Source: Candidatus Saganbacteria bacterium
GTDB lineage: Bacteria > Margulisbacteria > WOR-1 > JAKLHX01
DNA: 32,000 nt
Direction: 5' to 3'
NCBI GenBank assembly: GCA_026387835.1
Contig: JAPLKZ010000012.1
Location: forward strand, 4,932-36,931
Of this stretch, positions 7,908 through 15,477 are shown in pieces. Position numbers and translations under genes: made by a program. Numbering within the stretch: the stretch's first letter is position 1; every line of letters starts with the position of its first letter. The notes below the pieces were generated by a model. The model made no database searches, was not told the DNA's origin, and was given only the letters and a program-made list of their open reading frames with translations.

Positions 7908-9462
7908 AACTATTGACCTCCAATACCTGCCCTGCCATCATATAGGTGACCATGTCTTTTTTCAGGGTCCCTGATATTTTTATGTCTTTTTTTCCGGTTT
8001 TTGCGCCGCTGATTATATCTTCTGCAGGTTTACCGGTCAGGACATAGGACCTCCCGTCATCAGACAGGAAGCTATAAAAACCGCCCTCGAGGTCTACATA
8101 CTTCATCTGACCGTTAAGAATAAGAAGTTCTCTGGTGATCAGGGCGGTGTTCTTATCCAGAAGCCCGGTCGCTCTTTCGATGCCGAGCCGTGCCAGTTCC
8201 AGATCAAACCCGGCAGACATCAGATCTATCTCCGCCTGAGTAAGGGATGTCTGGGCGTCAAGGACCTCGATATTGGTGGCAAGGCCGTTCTTATATCTTA
8301 TTTCCGCGATATTAAAGTTTTCTCTCGCGCTGTCGATTCCGGCAGTCGCGCTCTCAAGCATTTCTTTTGCCGCTTCCCAGTTCAAATATGCCTGCTTCAC
8401 GTCAAACTCAACCGCTTTTCTTGTCATCTCCCTGCCCGCGATCGAAGAATCAAGATTTGCCTGAGCTTCTTTTATTTTGCTCTGCGTCGAGAAGCCGTTA
8501 AAGATAGTCCATGTCGCTGCTCCGGCTACCTGCCAGTTCCTTGCGTCATAATTTAGGTCCGCAACATCATAATCATTGTTGCTCCACTGATAGTAGCCCT
8601 GAAGATTGACTGATGGCATCCACTGCGACACTGCAAGGCCTCTGTTCCTGGCAGAGATCTCGACCGAACCTTTCACCTGTTTCCAGTCCGGCCTGTTTGT
8701 GAACGCATCTGTCAGCATCTGTTTGTAGCTGTATTCTTTGCCTTCATAACCGGAGGAAAGATCGACATCTTCCACATCTATCTCTTCCCCGATAGCTCTG
8801 CCAATTGAAGTATTAAAGGCAGCTTTCCCGACTTCAAGGCCGTTATTTGCCTTAATAAGGGATTGCTTTGCCCGGGAGACGGAAACCTCACTTCTCAAAG
8901 TATCCGCACGGGTTGCCATCCCTACTTTAAGCATCTTTTTTGTCTGGTCAAGATGAGCTGTGGCCATTTCAAGTGATTCATTTGACAGTTGTACGGACTT
9001 CTTGGCCTTAAGATAATTGAAATACGCCTGTGCGACATTGTAGATGCAGTCCTGTAAAGCTTTTCTTAAGTCTTCACGCGCTGATTTTGCGTTTTCCATT
9101 GCTATCGCCAGAGTATTCTCGTTTTTTCCGAAAGTAAAAATGCTCTGCTGGAAACTTGCCTGCCAACCCTTTAACGCGCTCACGTCATCTATACCCATCA
9201 CCAAAGGTGTGTTCAGGATCATTGTCTTTATAGGAGCCTGATAATTCCTGGCATAATTAGCTGACAACGTTACTGAAGGCAGATACGAAGAAAATGACTC
9301 GCTGACTCTTGCGCTCGCGGCATCAGCTTTTCTCTGGACGATCACGACATTGTCGTTGTTCTTCAGCGCGATATCGATGCTTTCTTTAAGATTAAGTGAA
9401 AAGGAGGGGGATGAAAATAACAAGAAGACCGAAATCAGACTAAAAATAACCCCTCTCTTCAT
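7894..9462 (-). CDS. TolC-family outer membrane efflux protein with an unassigned ~89 aa C-terminal extension
   Basis: It has a signal peptide (MKRGVIFSLISVFLLFSSPSFS) and two OEP repeats with typical motifs (LKESIDIALKNN, YLPSVTLSANY, WMPSVNLQGYY, AQANLD, YKNGLATNIEVLDAQ). The core ends near LARLGIERATGLL. The last ~89 aa (LNGQMKYVDLEGGFYSFLSDDGRSYVL...) are additional. Confidence 0.88.
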   Translation of the reverse strand: MKRGVIFSLISVFLLFSSPSFSLNLKESIDIALKNNDNVVIVQRKADAASARVSESFSSYLPSVTLSANYARNYQAPIKTMILNTPLVMGIDDVSALKGWQASFQQSIFTFGKNENTLAIAMENAKSAREDLRKALQDCIYNVAQAYFNYLKAKKSVQLSNESLEMATAHLDQTKKMLKVGMATRADTLRSEVSVSRAKQSLIKANNGLEVGKAAFNTSIGRAIGEEIDVEDVDLSSGYEGKEYSYKQMLTDAFTNRPDWKQVKGSVEISARNRGLAVSQWMPSVNLQGYYQWSNNDYDVADLNYDARNWQVAGAATWTIFNGFSTQSKIKEAQANLDSSIAGREMTRKAVEFDVKQAYLNWEAAKEMLESATAGIDSARENFNIAEIRYKNGLATNIEVLDAQTSLTQAEIDLMSAGFDLELARLGIERATGLLDKNTALITRELLILNGQMKYVDLEGGFYSFLSDDGRSYVLTGKPAEDIISGAKTGKKDIKISGTLKKDMVTYMMAGQVLEVNSYEWK

Positions 9463-9519
9463 CAGGATCCTCCCAAATTTAAGAACTGATAACTATTGAA
9501 TGATGCTATATATATTATG

Positions 9520-11952
9520 CTATTTTACGCGGTTTTTCAATATGTTTTTCGCCACCCTCACCGCTTCAACCGCATCTTTTGCGAAGTTGGCACCGAAAGA
9601 TTTCGCATAATTAGAAGTAACGGGAGCACCACCTACCATCACCGGGATATTTAAACCCTCTTTTTCAAGCTGAGCTTTAACTATCTTCATCCCGGGCATC
9701 GTAGTCGTCAAAAGCGCCGAAAGCAGTATCACGTCTGCTTTATTTTCTTTTGCCGAAAGCACGATCTTCTCCGGCGGAACATCCTTACCGAGGTCGACGA
9801 CATTGAATCCGTGGTTCTCAAGGAGCATAGAAACGATATTCTTTCCTATATCGTGAATATCCCCGAGAACTGTAGCAATTACCGCGATCCCTATCATCTT
9901 CCTGTCCCCGGGCTTTATCTCCTTTTTCACTCTTTCAAAAGCCACCTTCATGGCCTCGGCGGATGCCATCACCTGCGGGATGAAATATCTCCCGTCATTG
10001 AACCTCTTTCCAACCTCCTCCATCGCCGGAAGCAGATCTCCGTCAATGATATTCTGAGGACCTTTTTCCTTCAAAGCACTCTCTATTAAAGGAACAATAT
10101 TCTCTCTGTCTCCATCAACCACAGCAGCAAATATTTGTTCTGCAATGTTTTTTTCTTTACCTTTTATCCTTTCTTCCTTCTTCTTCTCTTCCCTTCTTCC
10201 CCCGTATTTCTCGATCCACCCCTTCGCCCTCCTATCCTTGTTCAAAAACACTTCTTCCGCCGCTTTCAATTCCGCAGCCGAAACTTTGACCGTCAGATTT
10301 TCAGGGTTGTAGATCGCCGCATCAAGTCCAGTTTTTACCGCTAATTTCAGGAACGCTGCGTTCATTTGCTTTCTTGCGGGAAGTCCGTGCGAGACATTGC
10401 TGACGCCGAGTATAGCTTTTACCTTTAATTTGCTTTTAACAAGTTTTATCGCTTTCAATGTCTCAGCAACATCCTCCTGCTGCGCTCCCGCAGCAAGGGT
10501 TAATGCATCAATAAAGATATTTTCTTTTTTGATCCCTATCTCAACAGCTCTTTTGACTATTTTTTCCGCGATTTTGAGCCTTTCAGACGCTTTTGACGGT
10601 ATTCCTTTTTCAAGAGTAAGTCCGATCACGGCAGCCCCGTACTTTTTTACCAGAGGAAGGACCGCATTCAGGCTTTCTTCTTTCCCGTTCACCGAATTTA
10701 CAAGCGCCTTACCGGCGAATGTCTTTAATCCTTCTTCCAATGTGCCGGGGTTTGAGCTGTCGATACAAAGCGGAACAGAAACAGAACTTTCCGCTGTCAG
10801 GACCGCATTTTTTATGGCTTTCAACTCGTCAATATCCGGCATGCCTACGTTTATATCAAGCATATCCGCTCCGGCCGCTACCTGCGACACCGCGTTCTGC
10901 CTGACCACGGACGTCTTACCCTGTCTCATATCTTCCTGCAGGTCTTTTCTGTTCGTCGGATTTATCCTCTCGCCGATTATTACAACCTTACCGGGTTTAA
11001 CTTCCAACACCTCGGTTCTACTTGCCAGTTTGGTATTTTGAATTTGGAATTTTGAATTTGTTTCGCTTGCCCCGAGCGAAGTCGAGGGGGATTTCGTGCT
11101 TCGAATTTCGGATTTTATCCGCTTTATATGTTCCGGCCCCGTCCCGCAACACCCGCCAATAAACTTTACACCCAGTTTCGCCATTTCAACCGCATATCTT
11201 AAAAATTTTTCCGGCGTCATCCTGTATACAGTCTCATCCCCGACGATCTCCGGATTGCCGGCGTTCGCCATTATTGATATTGGAAGATTTGTATTTTTTA
11301 GTAGAACTTTCGCTATCTTTACAAGTCCCTGCGGTCCCGATGAGCAGTTCGCTCCTATTGCATCCGCTCCCAGAGCCTCAAATACGGCCGTGGCTACTTC
11401 CGGAGGAGTTCCAGTATTTGTCTTTCCGTTCTCGCTGTAAGTGAGATGGACTATTACAGGGAGTTTTGTAGTGCTTTTGACCGCTATCAAGGCAGCGCGC
11501 GCTTCCTGGATATCGCTCATCGTTTCTATTGAAATGAGGTCAGCCCCGGCTTCTTCGAACACTTTCGCCTGGGCAGAGAACTCATCGAATGCCTGATCGA
11601 AAGAAAACGCGCCTATCGGCTCCATCAACTCTCCAAAAGGGCCCATCGACGCAGCAATAAGAGCTTTTCCTGCTGCGGCTTTTTTCGCGATCCTTACAGC
11701 ATCGAAGTTGATTTTATGAAATTTTCCTTCGAGGCCGTATCCTTTGAGCTTGTTCTTTGTCCCGCCGAAAGTATTCGTCTCGATTATATCGGCCCCGGCA
11801 TCGACATAAGACTTGTGAACTGAATAGACGATATCGGGGGCAGTCAGGTTCAGCTCTTCGAAGCATTTTCCCGCGGGAACGCCCCTGAGCATGAGCTGGG
11901 TACCCATTGCCCCGTCAAAGATGTATGTTTTTTTGTCATTAAATATTGTCAT
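9520..11952 (-). CDS. metH: Cobalamin-dependent methionine synthase, short form (Hcy-binding, pterin-binding, cap and B12 domains; no AdoMet reactivation domain)
   Basis: The Hcy methyltransferase N-terminus contains FDGAMGTQL and the Zn-ligand region GGCCGTGPEH. The pterin-binding barrel contains GERINPTNRK and VSNVSHGLP. The cap contains IPQVMASAEAMK, and the B12 loop is GDIHDIGKN (DxHxxG) with SALLTTT and GGAP. The protein ends about 20 aa after the B12 domain. Confidence 0.9.
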   Translation of the reverse strand: MTIFNDKKTYIFDGAMGTQLMLRGVPAGKCFEELNLTAPDIVYSVHKSYVDAGADIIETNTFGGTKNKLKGYGLEGKFHKINFDAVRIAKKAAAGKALIAASMGPFGELMEPIGAFSFDQAFDEFSAQAKVFEEAGADLISIETMSDIQEARAALIAVKSTTKLPVIVHLTYSENGKTNTGTPPEVATAVFEALGADAIGANCSSGPQGLVKIAKVLLKNTNLPISIMANAGNPEIVGDETVYRMTPEKFLRYAVEMAKLGVKFIGGCCGTGPEHIKRIKSEIRSTKSPSTSLGASETNSKFQIQNTKLASRTEVLEVKPGKVVIIGERINPTNRKDLQEDMRQGKTSVVRQNAVSQVAAGADMLDINVGMPDIDELKAIKNAVLTAESSVSVPLCIDSSNPGTLEEGLKTFAGKALVNSVNGKEESLNAVLPLVKKYGAAVIGLTLEKGIPSKASERLKIAEKIVKRAVEIGIKKENIFIDALTLAAGAQQEDVAETLKAIKLVKSKLKVKAILGVSNVSHGLPARKQMNAAFLKLAVKTGLDAAIYNPENLTVKVSAAELKAAEEVFLNKDRRAKGWIEKYGGRREEKKKEERIKGKEKNIAEQIFAAVVDGDRENIVPLIESALKEKGPQNIIDGDLLPAMEEVGKRFNDGRYFIPQVMASAEAMKVAFERVKKEIKPGDRKMIGIAVIATVLGDIHDIGKNIVSMLLENHGFNVVDLGKDVPPEKIVLSAKENKADVILLSALLTTTMPGMKIVKAQLEKEGLNIPVMVGGAPVTSNYAKSFGANFAKDAVEAVRVAKNILKNRVK

Positions 11953-12376
11953 TTTGCATCACCAGAGCGTCTTCCTTCGGGTTCTGATAATATTCCCTTC
12001 TCCTGTCCAATACTTTGAACCCGAGTTTTTTGTATATTTTCTGCGCGGGAACATTGGATTGCCGCACTTCAAGAAATAATTTTTTAAGCCCTTTTCCTTT
12101 GGCATCTGCTATTAACCGTTCGATCAATTCTGTCCCTATGCCTTTTTTTCTGCATTTAGGATGCACGGCCAGTGTTGTTATGTGACCTTCATCCAGCACA
12201 TGTCTGAAACCCGTATATCCGCAGATTTTTTTTCCGTCCTTTATCGCGATATAATGCCCGTTCTCCGCCGAGAACTCGTCGACAAACGTCTGCTTGCTCC
12301 AATGCGATGCAAACGATTTTTTCTCTATCTTCAGCATTTCGTTGATATCATCCAGAACCGCCTTTTCTATGTTCAT
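11939..12376 (-). CDS. rimI: Ribosomal-protein-alanine N-acetyltransferase (GNAT)
   Basis: The GNAT motif A is LAVHPKCRKKGIGTELI, followed by LEVRQSNVPAQKIYKKLGF. Conserved tsaE-tsaB-rimI synteny supports the call. It overlaps the metH start by 14 nt. Confidence 0.85.
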   Translation of the reverse strand: MNIEKAVLDDINEMLKIEKKSFASHWSKQTFVDEFSAENGHYIAIKDGKKICGYTGFRHVLDEGHITTLAVHPKCRKKGIGTELIERLIADAKGKGLKKLFLEVRQSNVPAQKIYKKLGFKVLDRRREYYQNPKEDALVMQNDNI

Positions 12377-13068
12377 TTTATCCTCTCCCCCTGAGCTTTG
12401 AATTCCCTGACATTAGGCGTATGTGAATATTTCGGCGTCATCTTTAAATAGTCGTCTTTCTTGCCTTCTTTTAATTTCTGCTCTCCTATCAGCGCGACAT
12501 TGACGCCCGAAGCGGCCGAGCGTGCCTGATCGGCTATCCTGATGTTGCTGTTTATCCTTGATTTCTGCAAGAACGGGAAATCTTTTGACGCTATTATATA
12601 TATTTCGCCTTTTATTTCTTTCAAAAGTTCCTTCAGCCTTGCTTCAGATACAACGATATCTTCGGTTATCCTTCTTAGTTTTTTTGAATCGGAAGTAAAT
12701 AACGCAAAGTTAACTTCATCCCTGACGGCATCACAGACAACAGCTATCGTCCCGCTTACATTGACGAGATTATACGCCATCGCCTCGAGTGTCGATACTC
12801 CAATGACAGGGATGTTCAATACCTGGGCAAAGCTTTTTGCGGCCGCGAGCCCGCCTCTCAGCCCTGAATATGAACCCGGACCGTCCGACACGGCGATCGC
12901 ACCGATATCTTTTATATCGGCCCCTGCTTCCGTCATTATTCTTTCGATCAGGACGACGATATCTTCGGACTTTAAAGCTGATGACGTGAATTCGGCCAGC
13001 AGCCTGCCGTCTTCAACGAACCCGGCGCCCACTATTTTGGTCGCCGTGCTGATGCCTAATACTTTCAT
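12373..13068 (-). CDS. tsaB: tRNA t6A biosynthesis protein TsaB (YeaZ)
   Basis: MKVLGISTAT... and SDGPGSYSGLRGGLAAAK match the ASKHA-fold TsaB signature (GPGSFTGLR-like). It sits between tsaE and rimI. Confidence 0.85.
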   Translation of the reverse strand: MKVLGISTATKIVGAGFVEDGRLLAEFTSSALKSEDIVVLIERIMTEAGADIKDIGAIAVSDGPGSYSGLRGGLAAAKSFAQVLNIPVIGVSTLEAMAYNLVNVSGTIAVVCDAVRDEVNFALFTSDSKKLRRITEDIVVSEARLKELLKEIKGEIYIIASKDFPFLQKSRINSNIRIADQARSAASGVNVALIGEQKLKEGKKDDYLKMTPKYSHTPNVREFKAQGERIK

Positions 13069-13477
13069 TTTCTATCCTTATTTCTCTCTGATACTCTCCT
13101 GTCATCTCAAAATATATCTTAACACAACCCTCCGGCAAAAGACTTCCCATTTTTTCGGCCCATTCTATTATCAATATCGAATCGCCGTTCAATATGTCTT
13201 CTATGTCGAGGTCTTCAATATCATTGATGCTGTCAAGGCGGTAAAGGTCCAAATGATAAAGCGATCCGCCTTTTTCTTTGAGGGGGTATTCATTCATTAT
13301 TACAAAAGAGGGGCTTGTCGCGTTATCTGATATGCCGAGTCCCTGAAGGATGCCCTGGACAAATGTCGTCTTGCCTGCTCCGAGACCGCCGTACAAGGCG
13401 ATGACATCGCCCGGCCGGATATCAGCGGAAAGTTGTTTCCCCAGGAGCCTCGTCTCGGAAGGGCTACCAGCGTTCAA
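13013..13477 (-). CDS. tsaE: tRNA t6A biosynthesis ATPase TsaE (YjeE); start uncertain
   Basis: The P-loop is GGLGAGKTTFVQG, followed by SPSF and HLDLYRL motifs. The track ORF runs to 13573, with another ATG at 13525. I prefer TTG 13477 (MNAGSPSETRLLGKQL...), which gives the usual ~25 aa before the P-loop and only a 14-nt overlap with folK. The 3' end overlaps tsaB by 56 nt. Confidence 0.8.
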   Translation of the reverse strand: MNAGSPSETRLLGKQLSADIRPGDVIALYGGLGAGKTTFVQGILQGLGISDNATSPSFVIMNEYPLKEKGGSLYHLDLYRLDSINDIEDLDIEDILNGDSILIIEWAEKMGSLLPEGCVKIYFEMTGEYQREIRIENESIRHQHGDQNSGRRVR

Positions 13478-14243
13478 AATCGTCCGCAGCCCCTTTTTTG
13501 ATCTCTCTGAACCCCGGCAGTTCATCGTTGTACTTTTCGGCGAGCTCCGCTTTTTTCTCTTCGAAAAGCTCAAATATCGTCGTCTCCAGCACGGGATGGA
13601 CGACCCTTGAAGCGATCTCTTTCAACGGCTCAAGGACGAACATCCTTTCCTGAAGCAGCGGATGAGGGATCGAAAGATCATCCTCGCTCATCACGAGATC
13701 CTTGTAGAGTAAAATATCGATGTCTATGATCCTCGGCCCCCATTCGATGCCGCGCTCACGTCCGAGAGTATCTTCTATCCCCTGGAGGGTCGCGAGAAGT
13801 TTGTCGGGATCAAGCGTCGTCTTTATCTCCACTGCCGAATTTATGAATGCCGGCTGGGAACGCTTGCCTTCCGGCTCCGTCTCATAATTTGAAGCGCGCC
13901 TGACCACCTTTATCCCCGGTGTCTCTTTCAGGATCGTGATCGCCTGTTCGATATATTCTTCCCTGTCCCCGACATTTGACCCGAGAGCGAGATATGCCGT
14001 AACAGCCTCTCCGGGTTTAAGTTTGAACTTCTCCTTTGCTTCGGCTTTTATATGGGCCTGTTTTACTGCCTTGGATTTTGCTTTCGCGTTGGACCCGGCG
14101 GTCATTTTACTTAAAGCCTGTTTTTTCGCGGCCGGCTTTTTCACGGTCTTACCGGCTTTTTTGTTTTTTTTCGGGCTTTGGACCTTCTTTGCCTTCGCCT
14201 TCACTTTTGCCCTGGCTTTTTTGATCTTTTTTTTCTTTTTCAT
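13464..14243 (-). CDS. folK: HPPK (2-amino-4-hydroxy-6-hydroxymethyldihydropteridine diphosphokinase) with an ~80 aa Lys/Ala-rich N-terminal tail
   Basis: The HPPK core runs from AYLALGSNVGDREEYI through YETEP, GPRIIDIDILLY and IPHPLLQERMFVLEPL. ATG 14243 is preceded by AAGGAGGG. Confidence 0.85.
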   Translation of the reverse strand: MKKKKKIKKARAKVKAKAKKVQSPKKNKKAGKTVKKPAAKKQALSKMTAGSNAKAKSKAVKQAHIKAEAKEKFKLKPGEAVTAYLALGSNVGDREEYIEQAITILKETPGIKVVRRASNYETEPEGKRSQPAFINSAVEIKTTLDPDKLLATLQGIEDTLGRERGIEWGPRIIDIDILLYKDLVMSEDDLSIPHPLLQERMFVLEPLKEIASRVVHPVLETTIFELFEEKKAELAEKYNDELPGFREIKKGAADDFERW

Positions 14244-14246
14244 CCC

Positions 14247-15440
14247 TTAATCCCTCCTTGTTATAGCGTCTGATAATACAACAACCTTCTTCGCAAAAGA
14301 AGTATTATGACTTCTTATTATATCAACTTTTTTTGAAATGGCAAGTGCTATCGTTGCGGCGGTCCCCTCCTCCCTTTTTCGCGGATCATCCTCTCCCAGG
14401 ATCTTGCCGATAAATGATTTTCTGGATGTACCTATGCAGACCGGTCTGCCTAAACACCTGAATTCGTCAAGGCGCCTGAGTATTTCAATATTATGTTCTA
14501 CCGTTTTTCCGAAACCGATCCCCGGATCAAGGATGATATTTTCTTCTTTGACCCCCGCTTCTATCGCATTCTCCATGCTTTCCTTAAAATATAAGATGAT
14601 CTCAGAAATAAGGTCGTTATATTCCGGGCCGTTCTGCATCGTCTTCGGGCTGCCCTTTGAATGCATCAATACTAAAGGGATGTTATATATAGCGGCGATC
14701 TTTGCGAGATCCTTATCAAAATGAAGGCCCGAGACATCGTTTATCATATTCGCGCCTGCCTTGACGGCAGCCTGCGCGACTGCTGGTTTACGCGTATCAA
14801 CGGAGATTATTTTTGCAAAAGATTTTATTTTGGTTATTATCGGAACTATTCTCTTCGTCTCCTCTTCGGCAGAGACTTCTTCGGCTCCCGGTCTTGTCGA
14901 TTCTCCTCCGATATCGATGATGTCGGCACCGTCTTCGATCATTTTTCCGGCGTGAGCGGCGGCATCTTCGACATCCAAAAACTCCCCTCCGTCAGAGAAT
15001 GAATCCGGTGTTACGTTCAAGACGCCCATCACAAATGTCTTTTTTCCGAATTCCATGCCCAACATAGGTTTTGGATAGCTTTCCGACACTTCTATCAATT
15101 TTTCTATTTCCAGGGCTATCTGCGGGAGTTTGAACTGCTGGTCAGACAGTTTTTTAATGAGGTCCCTGTACTGTGAAATAGTGCCGAATAATATTACATC
15201 CGTTTTATCCACGCTGTGGTTTATCGTACCGGCGCTTGTCGCGGCCTCGCCGCCTCTTGCAAGCATGTCCTGTTTCAGGATATTCGCTGCCGTGACGGGG
15301 ACATCTTTTATCTTGACCGCCCTGAAGACAGCCTTTTCGGACATTATATCTATGCCTTTATCGTGCACGCCGATACTACGAAGCTCTTTTTCAGCTTCTT
15401 TCAGATCTTCTATCGAAATTATCCTTGGAAGAAAGTCCAT
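14247..15440 (-). CDS. folP: Dihydropteroate synthase with a ~130 aa N-terminal extra domain
   Basis: The pterin-binding barrel motifs are GVLNVTPDSFSDGG, DIGGESTRPG, ISVDT, NDVSG, MHSKG and DPGIGFGK. Confidence 0.9.
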   Translation of the reverse strand: MDFLPRIISIEDLKEAEKELRSIGVHDKGIDIMSEKAVFRAVKIKDVPVTAANILKQDMLARGGEAATSAGTINHSVDKTDVILFGTISQYRDLIKKLSDQQFKLPQIALEIEKLIEVSESYPKPMLGMEFGKKTFVMGVLNVTPDSFSDGGEFLDVEDAAAHAGKMIEDGADIIDIGGESTRPGAEEVSAEEETKRIVPIITKIKSFAKIISVDTRKPAVAQAAVKAGANMINDVSGLHFDKDLAKIAAIYNIPLVLMHSKGSPKTMQNGPEYNDLISEIILYFKESMENAIEAGVKEENIILDPGIGFGKTVEHNIEILRRLDEFRCLGRPVCIGTSRKSFIGKILGEDDPRKREEGTAATIALAISKKVDIIRSHNTSFAKKVVVLSDAITRRD

Positions 15441-15450
15441 GGCCGAAGGT

Positions 15451-15459
15451 ATTATATCA
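15451..15459 (-). promoter_or_regulatory. Candidate extended -10 promoter TGaTATAAT for folP, 10 nt upstream of the ATG
   Basis: The minus strand reads cgTGATATAATaccttcggccATG. There is no purine-rich SD between the hexamer and the start. Confidence 0.35.
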
Positions 15460-15477
15460 CGAAAGAATAAAACGGCC

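Noticed and set aside
11040-11100. Low-complexity DNA (aatttggaattttgaatttg...) inside metH that looked like a short tandem repeat.
   Set aside because: It stays in frame and encodes the flexible linker between the Hcy and pterin domains (ETNSKFQIQNTK). The repeat units are imperfect and too short to be a structured element.
12542-13330. A 262-aa plus-strand ORF antisense to tsaB/tsaE. Similar long antisense ORFs occur at 10397-11041 (214 aa), 15130-15786 (218 aa), 6194-6790 (198 aa), 5919-6464 (181 aa), 2033-2584 (183 aa) and 24788-25270 (160 aa).
   Set aside because: Each lies entirely inside a minus-strand gene that has unmistakable family motifs. Their translations are low-complexity (Ser/Phe/Ile/Pro-rich) with no motifs and no SD. 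They are the typical shadow ORFs of the opposite frame.
15045-15440. The ~130-aa N-terminal domain preceding the dihydropteroate synthase barrel.
   Set aside because: I recall long (~390-400 aa) FolP proteins with a similar N-terminal region (...AANILKQ.ML..GGEAA...) in several anaerobe lineages. It is therefore probably a known, if poorly characterised, architecture rather than a novelty. I cannot verify this without a search.
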